The notes beneath the pieces were generated by a model that was not told where the DNA came from, searched no databases, and saw only the letters and a program-made list of their open reading frames with translations. From Acipenser ruthenus (lineage: Eukaryota), in contig NC_081214.1 in NCBI RefSeq assembly GCF_902713425.1, forward strand, positions 10,880,641-10,944,640: a DNA stretch of 64,000 bases, written 5' to 3'. Both the position numbers and the translations under genes were made by a program. Of this stretch, positions 33,501-44,752 are shown one piece after another. The first letter of the stretch is position 1, and each line of letters opens with the position of its first letter.

Positions 33501-34139
33501 TAATTAACTTCAATAAATATATAACATTTAAATAAATAAACAAAATTAATTCAAAAGTTGTGCATACTGATGCGCTGAGGAGGCCAAATCTAGACTGATC
33601 CTCAGAGCCAGCATTGCATGATATAATAAAAATATAAGTTTATATAAAGTAGTGTTAATTAGAATTAATACAGATTCAAAGATAGAAGTAAAAATGATGT
33701 CACAATGTATAGAACACCATTACATCATGTAAGAATAAATCATGGATTTGAATGTAAACAATAACAAGTAGTTGTCATGCCGTCAAAAACCTATAAATAC
33801 CTCCAATGTTTTGATTCAAACACAGGCTCCCTTGAGAAAGATATGTACAACATATTGAAACGTTGGGCAGCTGGCTCTTTGAGCTAAAATATATATATAT
33901 ATAATTCCATGTTACCATGGAAACAGAATATAATGAACAAATATATATATAAACATGCAATCTTCATGTACATACATAGGTATGGGCAAAAAATATATTC
34001 CTACATCATGACTAGGACCCTACCTAATTTACTGTCCATTTTTTGTAAATTTCACAGGCATAATATTTTAAAAAATCTTGGATTTCACGGTTTGAGCTAC
34101 TTAAATCTCAAATTTCACGGTGGTGTTAAAACGGCAAAA

Positions 34140-34560
34140 TAGTTCTGCCGTTACACAGCCCCCCCGCCCCCCCCCCTTAGTCTTCCTTGTCCCCAAGGAG
34201 GATAGCAAAGTCTCAAATGGTGGGAGGCCTCTGTTGTCGCAGCACCCGGGGGTAACATGTCCTGGCCAGGCTAGCTGAGAACTGGAGGGAACAGCTGGGG
34301 AAAGTGTCCCTGAAAGCAGGGAAGGTGTTATCCTGATGACAGTGGCTCCCCAGGCAGGGGGAGTTGGGGACCCCAGTTCCCCGGCGGACGCTGTTCTGCC
34401 CTTGAACCCTGTCAATCACCTCCCCAGCTGCTCGAGCACTCGAGAGGGTCCCATCCAAGTGTTGTCGAGTTGAGGGCAGCGACCACGTTTACGTGGGAGG
34501 TGGTACTCCCACACCATCTCCCCAGCAATAAAGGGCCTTCCCCTCACCTGAATATCATAA
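34140..34560. repeat. GC-rich unassigned element (C14/G-rich start, ends with aataaag) in an AT-rich intron; possible solo LTR or unknown repeat
   Basis: Sharp compositional island; polyadenylation-signal-like aataaag at about 34520; no coding signal. Confidence 0.25.
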
Positions 34561-35268
34561 TGCCAGATATTATTGTGTGATAATAACCTAAGAAATCCAC
34601 TACACTAGATTTGGTTTAGATTAGCTGTCTCAGTTGTTGCTACTGTGAGGTGTGACACACTGGGAATGTGATAATCAATCCCAGCAGATATATCAGTCCT
34701 GTGTGTGTGTGATTTTTTTCAGCTCATAAACAGAACAAAACCACAACAGTGAAATAGCTTGCTTTTAGTTTGCATTTAAAACCGTTATAAACAGAAATGG
34801 ATGATCGTGAGCAAGCAAAAAGTTGGCAGTCAGCAATCTTCATTTTGTTTTGTAAACTGCTTGGTCTTTCCCATGATCCTAGCATTTTTTTGCTTGCTCA
34901 TCATTGAAGATGAGGATTATAATAACTGGTCCAAGGATGAAGATGCTGCTGCATTCAGAGGAATCCCTTTTATAATTAGACGTCTTTCCCACTTCTTCAG
35001 TTGTTCAAACCTCATAAACCATTTCAGATACGGACTTCATATTTTTAATGTTAATGGAAATTCTTCTTGCAAAATCTAATAGTTCCCTTCACTTAAACTT
35101 GAGGTCATGTGACTTTTTATGCCACACACTTTACATTGGGTACACTGCTGTCTTCTGTTTCCCTCATACTCTTTCGTGTTGAATGCTTCTACACATTATA
35201 TAGACTAACTTTTATGTTTGATTCAAAATGATGGTGTAAAAGACGCCATCAATATTATTTCCGGTCAG

Positions 35269-35406
35269 TCTGACTTCAGTGAGGATCCATCAGATATTCC
35301 GCATTGGCAGAGTGAATGAGATGTTAGACTTCCAGAGCCAGCTTGGCAATGTCCAGCCACTGTTCCACGCCACCTCTGCTAGCAGCTTCGTTGGTATTCT
35401 TTCCAG
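35269..35406 (+). CDS. parp4: PARP4-like exon (SLTSVRIHQIFRIGRVNEMLDFQSQLGNVQPLFHATSASSFVGILS)
   Basis: Acceptor ccggtcag|, donor ttccag|gtgagt; matches SPVDVLQIFRVGRVNETTEFLSKLGNVRPLLHGSPVQNIVGILCR; phase consistent with its neighbours. Confidence 0.7.
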
Positions 35407-35640
35407 GTGAGTGCAGTCTTCTCATAACCTCCTGCCAGGAATCCCCCATGTACAGTATATGGCTGTTTTTGGAATTCAAACAAAATACCAACCACACATA
35501 GAAAATTGCTAAAATGAAAAAGGTAATTTTTAGTATTCTGTCTTTATTGAAACATTTATCTATTTATTAACTTCAGTTGCTTTGTGTGTCCAGCCCCTGA
35601 AAACATGTTGTTTTATTAAGCAGTATAATAAGAAGAAGAA

Positions 35641-35696
35641 ACTATATATCTATATATCTATATCTATATATCTATATCTATCTATCTATCTATCTA

Positions 35697-35758
<62 letters not shown>
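35641..35758. repeat. (TATC)n/(TA)n compound microsatellite flanking the Tc1 insertion
   Basis: Direct reading. Confidence 0.95.
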
Positions 35759-35761
<3 letters not shown>

Positions 35762-37338
35762 TACTGTGCAAAAGTTTTAGGCAGGTGTGAAAAAATGCTG
35801 TAAAGTAAGAATGCTTTCAAAAATAGACATGTTAATAGATTATATTTATCAATTAACTAAATGCAAAGTGAGTGAACAGAAGAAAAATCTAAATCAAATC
35901 CATATTTGGTGTGACCACCCTTTGCCTTCAAAACAGCATCAATTCTTCTAGGTACATTTGCACAAAGTCAGGGATTTTGTAGGCATATAGTCAGGTGTAT
36001 GATTAAACAATTATACCAAACAGGTGCTAATGATCATCAATTCAATATGTAGGTTGAAACACAATCATTAACTGAAACAGAAACAGCTGTGTAGAAGGAA
36101 TAAAACTGGGTGAGGAACAGCCAAACTCAGCTAACAAGGTGAGGTTGCTGAAGACAGTTTACTGTCAAAAGCCATATACCATGGCAAGACTGAGCACAGC
36201 AACAAGACACAAGGTAGTTATGCTGCATCAGCAAGGTCTCTCCCAGGCAGAAATTTCAAGGCAGACGGGGGTTTCCAGATGTGCTGTCCAAGCTCTTTTG
36301 AAGAAGCACAAAGAAACGGGCAACGTTGAGGACTGTAGACGCAGTGGTCTGCCAAGGAAACTTACTGCAGCAGATGAAAGACACATCATGCTTACTTCCC
36401 TTCGCAATCGGAAGATGTCCAGCAGTGCCATCAGCTCAGAATTGGCAGAAAACAGGGGACCCTGGTACACCCATCTACTGTCCGGAGAAGTCTGGTCAGA
36501 AGTGGCCTTCATGGAAGACTTGCTGCCAAAAAGCCATACCTCCGACGTGGAAACAAGGCCAAGCGACTCAACTATGCACGAAAACACAGGAACTGGGGTG
36601 CAGCAAAGTGGCAGCAGGTGCTCTGGACTGATGAGTCAAAATTTGAAATATTTGGCTGTAGCAGAAGGCAGTTTGTTCGCCGAAGGGCTGGAGAGCACTA
36701 CACGAATGAGTGTCTGCAGGCAACAGTGAAGCATGGTGGAGGTTCCTTGCAAGTTTGGGGCTGCATTTCTGCAAATGGAGTTGGGGATTTGGTCAGAATT
36801 AATGGTCTCCTCAATGCTGAGAAGTACAGGCAGATACTTATCCATCATGCAATACCATCAGGGAGGCATCTGATTGGCCCCAAATTTATTCTGCAGCATG
36901 ACAACGACCCCAAACATACAGCAAAAGTCATTAAGAACTATCTTCAGCGTAAAGAAGAACAAGGAGTCCTGGAAGTGATGGTATGGCCCCCACAGAGTCC
37001 TGATCTCAACATCATCGAGTCTGTCTGGGATTACATGAAGAGAAAGAAGCAACTGAGGCTGCCTAAATCCACAGAAGAACTGTGGTTAGTTCTCCAAGAT
37101 GTTTGGGCCAACCTACCTGTCGAGTTCCTTCAAAAACTGTGTGCAAGTGTACCTAGAAGAATTGATGCCGTTTTGAAGGCAAAGGGTGGTCACACCAAAT
37201 ATTGATTTGATGTAGATTTTTCTTCTGTTCACTCACTTTGCATTTTGTTAATTGATAAATATAAACTATTAACATGTCTATTTTTGAAAGCATTCTTACT
37301 TTACAGCATTTTTTCACACCTGCCTAAAACTTTTGCAC

Positions 37339-37344
<6 letters not shown>
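35759..37344 (+). mobile_element. Tc1-like DNA transposon, family 1, copy a (about 1.59 kb, long terminal inverted repeats, TA target)
   Basis: Termini cagtactgtgcaaaagttttaggcaggtgtgaaaaaatgctgtaaag... / ...ctttacagcattttttcacacctgcctaaaacttttgcacagtact; transposase ORFs 36139-36729 and 36618-37205 (DDE: DESK..., DNDPKH, SPDLNIIE). Confidence 0.9.
36181..37205 (+). pseudogene. Tc1 transposase (frameshifted into 196-aa and 195-aa ORFs)
   Basis: N-terminal paired-like DBD MARLSTATRHKVVMLHQQGLSQAEISRQTGVSR...; C-terminal DD34E domain intact in the second ORF. Confidence 0.85.

Positions 37345-37415
<71 letters not shown>
37345..37415. repeat. (TA)n microsatellite between the two adjacent Tc1 elements
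   Basis: Direct reading. Confidence 0.95.
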
Positions 37416-37420
<5 letters not shown>

Positions 37421-39029
37421 TGCCTTGCAAAAGTATTCAGACCCCTGACCAATTCTCTCATATTACTGAATTACAAATGGTACATTGAAATTTCGTTCTG
37501 TTTGTTATTTTATTTTAAAACACTGAAACTCCAAAATCAATTATTGTAAGGTGACATTGGTTTTATGTTGGGAAATATTTTTAAGAAAAATAAAAAAAAC
37601 TGAAATATCTTGCTTGCATAAGTATTCAACCCCTGTGCTGTGGAAGCTCCCAGTTTACACCAATGAAAGAAATTGCCCTAATGAGGACACAATTACCTTA
37701 CCATTGGCCTCCACCTGTGAACCATTAAAGTTGCTGTCACATTTTCTGGATAAAAACCCCACTGTTGAAGGATCATTGGTCAGGCTGTGAATCTGAAGGA
37801 AAATGAAGACCAAAGAGCATTCTACAGAAGTTAGAGATAAAATAATACAAATGCATAGATTAGGGAAAGGGTACAAAATAATATCCAAGTGTTTGGATAT
37901 CCCAGTGAGCACAGTTGGATCAGTAATCAGGAAGTGGAAGCTGCATCACACCACCCAGGCACTGCCAAGAAAAGGCCGTCCATCAAAGCTCAGCGCTCAA
38001 ACAAGAAGGAGACTTGTGAGAGAAGCCACAGAGAGGCCAACAATCACTTTGAAGGAGCTACAGAGTTCAGTGGCTGGGAGTGGAATAATGGTGCACCAGT
38101 CAACCATATAAAGAGCTCTGCATAACACTGGCCTATATGGGAGGGTGGCAAGAAAGAAGCCGTTACTCAAAAAGTACCATCTGAAAGCACGTCTGGAGTT
38201 TGCCAGAAAGCATGAGAGTGACCCAGCTGCGATGTGGGAAAAGGTTTTGTGGTCAGATGAGACCAAGATAGAGCTTTTTGGCCAAAACTCAAAGTGCTAT
38301 GTGTGGCGCAAACCTAACACTGCCCATGCCTCAAGACACACCATCCCTACTGTGAAGTATGGTGGTGGCAGCATCATGCTGTGGGGATGCTTCTCATCAG
38401 CAGGGACTGGGCATCTTGTTAAAATTGAAGGAAGAATGGATGGAGCAACATACAGGGAAATACTGCAAGAGAACCTGCTTCAGTCTGCTAAAAAACTGAA
38501 GCTTGGGAGGAAATTCACCTTTCAGCAGGACAATGATCCCAAGCACAAGGCCAAAGCAACATTGGAGTGGCTGAAGAACAAAAAGGTGAATGTCCTACAG
38601 TGGCCCAGTCAAAGTCCTGATCTCAATCCCATTGAGAATCTGTGGCACTATTTGAAAATTGCGGTCCACAAGTGTCGTCCAACCAACATGAACAACCTGG
38701 AGCAAATCTGCCAAGATGAATGGGCCAAAATCACTCCGACACTGTGTGCAAAGCTGGTACATACTTACCCCAAAAGACTTAAAACTGTTATTGCAACGAA
38801 AGGTGGCTCTACCAAATATTAATGTGTGGGGGTTGAATACTTATGCAAGCAAGATATTTCAGTTTTTTATTTTTCTTAAATATTTCCCAACATAAAACCA
38901 ATGTCACCTTACAATAATTGATTTTGAGTTTCAGTGTTTTAAAATAAAATATCAAACAGAAGGAAATTTCAATGTACCATTTGTAGTTCAGTAATATGAG
39001 AAAATTGGTCAGGGGTCTTTTGCAAGGCA

Positions 39030-39033
<4 letters not shown>
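37416..39033 (+). mobile_element. Tc1-like DNA transposon, family 2 (Sleeping Beauty-like), about 1.62 kb, TA target-site duplication
   Basis: TIRs cacagtgccttgcaaaagtattcagacccctgaccaat / attggtcaggggtcttttgcaaggcactgtg; contains a 340-codon transposase frame. Confidence 0.9.
37803..38822 (+). pseudogene. SB-like Tc1 transposase, 340 codons, single in-frame TAA (38112-38114), otherwise intact
   Basis: Same frame throughout: ...GIMVHQSTI*RALHNTGLYGRVARKKPLLKKYHLKARLEFA...WSDETKIELFG...FQQDNDPKHKAK...WPSQSPDLNPIENLW...KGGSTKY; about 55% identity to SB10 from memory; DDE triad present. Confidence 0.85.

Positions 39034-39102
<69 letters not shown>
39034..39102. repeat. (TA)n microsatellite
   Basis: Direct reading. 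Confidence 0.95.
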
Positions 39103-39105
<3 letters not shown>

Positions 39106-39129
39106 GCACGTATTTCTTTATTTTTACAG

Positions 39130-39228
39130 GGGACTTCTTTTGCCAAAAGTTGCGATTGAACAACACGGCATTGATAGGACGGATATTGGTAACCTTGGAT
39201 GTGGCATTTACTTCAGCAATGCATTGAG
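39130..39228 (+). CDS. parp4: PARP4-like exon, PARP catalytic domain (GLLLPKVAIEQHGIDRTDIGNLGCGIYFSNAL)
   Basis: Acceptor ttacag|, donor ttgag|gtctgg; matches GLLLPKVVEDRGVQRTDVGNLGSGIYFSDSL. Confidence 0.8.
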
Positions 39229-39322
39229 GTCTGGAATTATTATCATTTTTTTAATTGGTATATTTTCTTGGTCATATTTCTGTTAGTTTCTCATTGTTAT
39301 TTTTTTTAATGATTTCTTACAG

Positions 39323-39506
39323 CACAATTCTCAAGTATTCAAAGCCTAGTGAAAGTGATGGCACGCGGCTCCTGGTGGTTTGTGACATCGCTCTCGGTGA
39401 GTGCAAGCACCTGCACAAGAAAGATTTCACCTTGGCATCTGCGCCAGCCGGGTACAGCAGTGTGCTCGGAGTGCGGCAGACTGCAGACGTTGCTTCGGAA
39501 TTCCAG
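39323..39506 (+). CDS. parp4: PARP4-like exon, PARP catalytic domain (TILKYSKPSESDGTRLLVVCDIALGECKHLHKKDFTLASAPAGYSSVLGVRQTADVASEFQ)
   Basis: Acceptor cttacag|, donor ttccag|gtactg; matches IKYSHPGETDGTRLLLICDVALGKCMDLHEKDFSLTEAPPGYDSVHGVSQTASVTTDFE. Confidence 0.85.
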
Positions 39507-40263
39507 GTACTGTAATCAACGTACCTTAGAAGAATTAGTTTTTTATGGTAATTTATTTAAAGCTGTTCATTGCAATGCTACGCTTCCTGTAAACTCAGAG
39601 ATGCCGCTTGAAGGAGCAATGTCCCCATTTAAAATAAGGCAGTCATAGGAAAAGCAGTGATTGGTACTCAGATGCGAGCCAATGTGTCTGGCTTCTGGGA
39701 GGGAGTTCTTTAAAAGAAAATACATGGCAAACATTTGGAATGTTTTGTTTTTAAAGTTTTGGTTTTTTTTCTGGAGAAATGTATATTTAAAAAAAGTGCT
39801 TGGGAAGAGTCCTTGTCTAAAAAAATTAAGCATTTAGAAACTCTCAAACTTTCAGAAGCAACTCCTCTGTATCGGATGCATTGCTTCAGTGGGATGTGCA
39901 GCATAGGAAAGAGTGCAAAAGACTGGCACCAGTTTTATTGTTTACAAATACCATTAAAAATCAAATACACGTATAACATAATGTTTGCATTTCTCATATA
40001 GAAATGCGTGATATCTACATAGTGATGGGAATACATATTAGATACGAATTACTGGAATTGGTTGTTCGCACTGTCACTTCAATTACTGCTCTTGTCTTGT
40101 GCCTCATCAGTGTCTTGAGATGCAGTGGAAACAAATCTGAACATCAATACATAAATTGCTACTTAAATCTATTCCACCTATCATAGATATTACCTCAATT
40201 TTTAATCAGTTCTGATAATGACCTTTACTGAGTTGAACTGATTAAGAATGGGATCATCTTAGA

Positions 40264-40380
40264 GTGAATGATTAGGAAGAACCTCATTGTGGATTTATAT
40301 GATGATGGAGTCTTACGAATAGTATTATCTGACTGCTGTGTGGATTTATATGACAGTGGAGTCTTACGAATAGTATTATC
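40264..40380. repeat. About 57-bp tandem duplication (ggatttatatga..gtggagtcttacgaatagtattatc x2)
   Basis: Direct reading. Confidence 0.85.
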
Positions 40381-41261
40381 CTACTCATGAATGAGCCACC
40401 CTTAAAACTTTTACCACAAGTTTACTCAGTAAAAGTGTAGCAAACTGTAATAAAGCATAGGAAAGCATTGTAAAGCCCAGAGAGGTATGGTAAATAATAT
40501 TGAAAAACATGGTAAACTGTGGTAAATGCATAGTATAACCTTGGGGGGGATAAACATGGAAAAAATTATTACCATACCATTACCATGCATTTTTATAATG
40601 ATGATCAGAGCAACTCAGCTGAATTCTGGCTTTTTACCTTTTAAGACTAGGCAGCTATTTCTCTCATGGATTCATATTTTCAATACATTCATTTAAACAA
40701 AATCCTCAAAATCCTCATCTACGGCACCTCATTCAAGAAGTTATTTTTTTGTGTGACATTTTTACATGCAGTATTGTAACATTTAAAACCAATGATATAT
40801 TAATGGGTTATAATATTTATTTATTTACATTTTTATAGAGCTTTTATAGAGGGGTATCTCAAAGCACTGTAGAAAACACAGCAAAGAGAATGATACATTA
40901 AGATAAAACCATACATTAGTATAACAATACATATACATCTACCACTGTCGGATCATAAGACAGATTAATAACAGTGTAGAATAATAATGTAAATGAAATA
41001 AGTACATATAAATACAGGTGCCAATGTAGACATACATATATCCACTTTTACATAATAGTACTACTAATTAAAAAAGAAAATCTTAAGATAAAATGCAATG
41101 ATGCAATAATAGCACAATAAAAGCATCAATTAAAACCCATTCAAACCCATTAAGATAAAAAGGCCAGTTAAACATTGATAACAGCATTCAGAGGCAGTTC
41201 TCTCTCGTGTTCTGTTGGTTAGAAGTGTTTCTTGTAGCCGATCTCTGAAAATGTTTCTTTT

Positions 41262-41491
41262 GTTATTATTATTATTATTTGTTTATTTAGCAGACGCCTT
41301 TATCCAAGGCGACTTACAGAGACTAGGGTGTGTGAACTATGCATCATCTGCAGAGTCACTTACAACTACGTCTCACCCGAAAGTCAGAGCACAAGGAGGT
41401 TAAGTGACTTGCTCAGGGTCACACAATGAGTCAGTGGCTCAGGTGGGATTTGAACTGGGGACCTCCTGGTTATAAACCACTGGACCACACA
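41262..41491 (-). mobile_element. tRNA-derived SINE, family A-related subfamily (different tRNA head, same conserved tail), copy A3; about 40 bp upstream of an exon acceptor
   Basis: Reverse complement: head ctgtgtggtccagtggtttataaccaggaggtccccagttcaaatcccacc..., tail tgtaagtcgccttggataaaggcgtctgctaaataaacaaat(aat)n. Confidence 0.85.
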
Positions 41492-41529
41492 GTTTCTTTT
41501 GTATTGAGTTGTTCGATCCTTTTCTTTAG

Positions 41530-41677
41530 GATGATGAGTATGTCGTATACAACCCCAGCCAGGTTCAAATAAAGTATGTTGTCCAGTTCTGCGTGGGAGA
41601 AGACCAGGTGAATAGTTTTCAGCCCACTGTTAATGTTACCAATGAAGAAACCCCAGCAGGTCTGTCAGACCCCCCAG
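41530..41677 (+). CDS. parp4: PARP4-like exon, end of catalytic domain (DDEYVVYNPSQVQIKYVVQFCVGEDQVNSFQPTVNVTNEETPAGLSDPP)
   Basis: Acceptor ctttag|, donor ccccag|gtgagt; matches DDEFVVYKTNQVKMKYIIKF; catalytic Glu retained. Confidence 0.8.
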
Positions 41678-42304
41678 GTGAGTGGCACTCCTGCTAGCCA
41701 ACTAGAGCTCTGTGCTTCATGCACAGGGACAGCATTGCTTTCTGTATACATGGTGCCAGCATTTGTTTCTGCCAGCGGGTGCTTTGTATGTGCTGAGGGG
41801 ATGGGGAGCGGGGGCTGGTTTGTGAAGTTGGAGGTTACAGCCTCTGATTAAATAACTTTGAATTACTACAATAACTCATGTACTCATGTACACACGCAGT
41901 CTTCACTAATGTCCTAATTTAAAGACATCATATCTCCCTTTTAGCCCTCTGGATGAAATTGCTAAAAACTGCAACAAAGTTATCAGCTTCAGCAATGAAA
42001 TCCTTGCCTGCATGTTCCTTGCTTGCTGACAGAAGAGCACATACATGGTCTTATTTCTCAGATGCAGATACACAGCAGTGTGATGCAAAGGGGATGACAA
42101 CCTTTCTACAGCTTTGTTCCATGAGCACAAAACGTTACTCACAAAACACATTGGCCATTCTTTGTCCCTAATTGTTGATTGCTGGGGATGTCCAGCAGTA
42201 TGGGAATGTTCTTTTGTTACATTTTGTATTATGTATATCTCATTTCTCAACTAAAAATTTGATCACAAAAAAAAATAATAAAAAACGCTAAAATAATTCA
42301 GTCT

Positions 42305-42826
42305 CGGGGGCTCCCGAGTGGCGCATCCAGTGAAGGCGCTCCATGTGGAGTGCAGGATGCGCTCTATAGTGTGGACGTCACGAGTTCGAGTCCAGGATAT
42401 TCCACAGCCGACCGTGGATGGGAGCTCCCAGGGGGTGGTGCACAATTGGCCGAGCGTCGCTCGGGGGGAGGGAGGGTTATGTCGGCCAGGGTGTCCTCGG
42501 CTCACCGCGCACCAGCGACCCCTGTAATCTGGCCGGGCACCTGCGGGCTTGCCTGTAAGCTGCCCTAGAGCTGCGTTGTCCTCCGACGCTGTAGCTCTTG
42601 GGTGGCTGCATGGTGAGTCCGCAGTGTGAAAAAAAGCGGTCGGCTGACGGCACACACTTCGGAGGACAGTGTGTGTTCGTCTTTGCCCTCCCGAGTCAGC
42701 GCATTGGTGGTAGCGGTGAGCTGAGCTTAAAAAAATAATTGGCCATTCTAAATTGGGAGAAAATAATAAAAATAATTGGCAACGACTAAATTTTATAAAA
42801 AAAATAAATAAAAATAATAATAATTT
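42305..42826 (+). mobile_element. Long tRNA-related SINE, family B, copy B2, with a probable 11-13-bp TSD (aattcagtctc / aatttagtctc)
   Basis: tRNA-like head gggggctcccgagtggcgcatccagtgaaggcgctccatgtggagtgcaggatgcgc...gttcgagtccagg; tail ...ggcaacgactaaatt + A/AAT-rich. Confidence 0.85.
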
Positions 42827-43127
42827 AGTCTCCATTTAAAAAATAATAAAAATAAAACAAAACTAACAATGGAGAGTAAGAAAAAGAAAGAGGACAGCTG
42901 GTGTGGCTTTGGGTTTGCAAACTTATACAACTCCCCTAATGGGGCTACTTAGTAACAGCAGTTGCTATCACAGTTTAAATGATGACCCTGGAGAAAAATT
43001 AATACAATATAGAACTGATAACAAGAGTGCCGTGGTGTGTACTTGACAAGATCCCCACAGTTCTAGAATTCCAGGCTGTCCTCTTCCATGTGATTTGAAG
43101 CGGTTGCTGTTTTTTGTTTCTTTGCAG

Positions 43128-43254
43128 CAGTGACTGATGCCGATTCCAATGAGGAATACACAAACCCTTTGGACTCTGTAACAGAGGGCCTCCAGGACAG
43201 CTCTGGGAATAAGATCCCCCTGTGAAGGGCCGAATGGTAGATCTTTTAGCACAG
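43128..43254 (+). CDS. parp4: PARP4-like exon (AVTDADSNEEYTNPLDSVTEGLQDSSGNKIPL / VKGRMVDLLAQ) with internal frame disruption
   Basis: Acceptor tttgcag|, donor cacag|gtgagg. The first part matches ...KAGLQDASGNLVPL in the expected phase. The last part matches (I)KGRIIDTVAQ only after a -1 shift. The expected EDVHI codons are replaced by 2 nt (cccctg-tg-aagggc), giving an in-frame TGA. Confidence 0.55.
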
Positions 43255-43867
43255 GTGAGGATGGGAAAGTGAGACTGCAATTGAATTAATTTCTGGTTAG
43301 CACATTACCAAAAGCACATTGTGTAGAGTTCAGTGTAGAGCAATCAGGGCTTAAAGGAAAAAGCTATAACGTTAGGTGAACTGAAATGATTAGTGGGGAA
43401 TTCACTGAAGTGTTTAAAATTAAGAGGAGTTGACAAAGTGAACCCTAATCAATGCTGTAAGCACAGCACAGGGGTCAGGACCACAGGACCAGACCCAACT
43501 TGACAATATTTTGTGATTTAACCAGCTACTATGAACTGAACAAGCATCGGTGGGCTGACTGGCCTCATCTGGTTCATAGTTCTTGTGTAAATGGAGACAT
43601 TTTGAACCAGAGGGAATGCATAATACAGGGTAACTAAAATAGACTTAAGACACTATCAGCTGGTTTCACAGACCTTGACTAGCACCAGTGCTGGACTACC
43701 TTACCTAAAATAGTGGGTCTGTGAAACCAGCCGTTTATTTAATATGAACAGTACTTCTGGTAAAATAAGTGATGTCACAAAATTCAAATAGAGTTCAAAT
43801 AGAGTCAAATAGAGTTGAGTGATCCACTGTGTTGTATAATCTGCTTTTCTTTCTCTTTATTTTAGAG

Positions 43868-43951
43868 GCCAAGTATGTCTTTCCTTTGGATGAAACAGCA
43901 GCTGTATGTGGGTTTGAAGCTTTTATTAATGGAAAACATGTAGTGGGTGAG
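43868..43951 (+). CDS. parp4: PARP4-like exon, VIT domain start (AKYVFPLDETAAVCGFEAFINGKHVVGE)
   Basis: Acceptor ttttagag|, donor gag|gtaagt; near-identical to PARP4/ITIH VIT motif AKYIFPLDDKAAVCGFEAFINGKHIVGE. Confidence 0.85.
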
Positions 43952-44278
43952 GTAAGTGAATATTAGAAATAAAAATAAAAAAAAAACAATATGACTTTTG
44001 TTTGTTTTGTAAAATCTGCAATACTATTTCTTATTAAAGGGTTAGTTTTTTATGTGCATGAGCTGGTAGCTCATGCATTACGTTGTGTGGATGTTTGTTT
44101 TTTAGTAATATATCTTCCAACACATTACATCAAAAGGGTCCCAAGAAAAACACACATTTTTTGTTTTATTACATACATATATTGTCGGCTGCGTATCAAA
44201 GTCAGTCTGATCCAAATTAAGGAATTGAACCATCAGTATCTGTGTCTGTCTGTAAAGCTTTTAACATTCGTCTTTCAG

Positions 44279-44365
44279 GTGAAGGAAGAGGAGAAAGCAA
44301 GACAAGACCACAGGCAGGCGATTCAGGAGGGACACAGGGCCTACCTCATGGATCAAGAAGCACCA
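44279..44365 (+). CDS. parp4: PARP4-like exon, VIT (VKEEEKARQDHRQAIQEGHRAYLMDQEAP)
   Basis: Acceptor tctttcag|, donor cca|gtaagt; matches IKEKEEAQQEYLEAVTQGHGAYLMSQDAP. Confidence 0.85.
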
Positions 44366-44587
44366 GTAAGTTTCATAACACTTCCGCTTCTATATTCACC
44401 ACACACATTGATGAACACTTTTTTTTTGTAAACCTATTGCAATGCACCTTAAACTACATCAAAAAATAAGTATGTATACTTAAAGCATAATGAATATCTT
44501 CCATAAAACTGTCACAAGATTTGAATGTATTGTCATCTAAAATTCATTTGTTAACACCTATTTATTTTTTTGTTTTTAAACTTCTAG

Positions 44588-44752
44588 GATGTTTTTACCA
44601 TTAGTGTTGGAAACCTTCCTCCAAGTGCCACTGTCCTGATTAAAATCACCTACGTGACTGAGCTTGCTACTGAATTTGGATCTATAGTCTTCCGGCTGCC
44701 TGGCAGTGTGGCACCATGGCAACAGAGCAAAGCATTGAATGAGAGGACACAG
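44588..44752 (+). CDS. parp4: PARP4-like exon, VIT (DVFTISVGNLPPSATVLIKITYVTELATEFGSIVFRLPGSVAPWQQSKALNERTQ)
   Basis: Acceptor ttctag|, donor cacag|gtctga; matches DVFTVSVGNLPPKAKVLIKITYITEL...ATVAPWQQDKALNENLQ. Confidence 0.85.

Noticed and set aside
36228-36848. Antisense ORFs of 68-119 aa overlapping the Tc1 transposases, on both copies
   Set aside because: They are opposite-strand, open-frame artefacts of the transposase sequence, appear identically in both copies, and have no independent signals.
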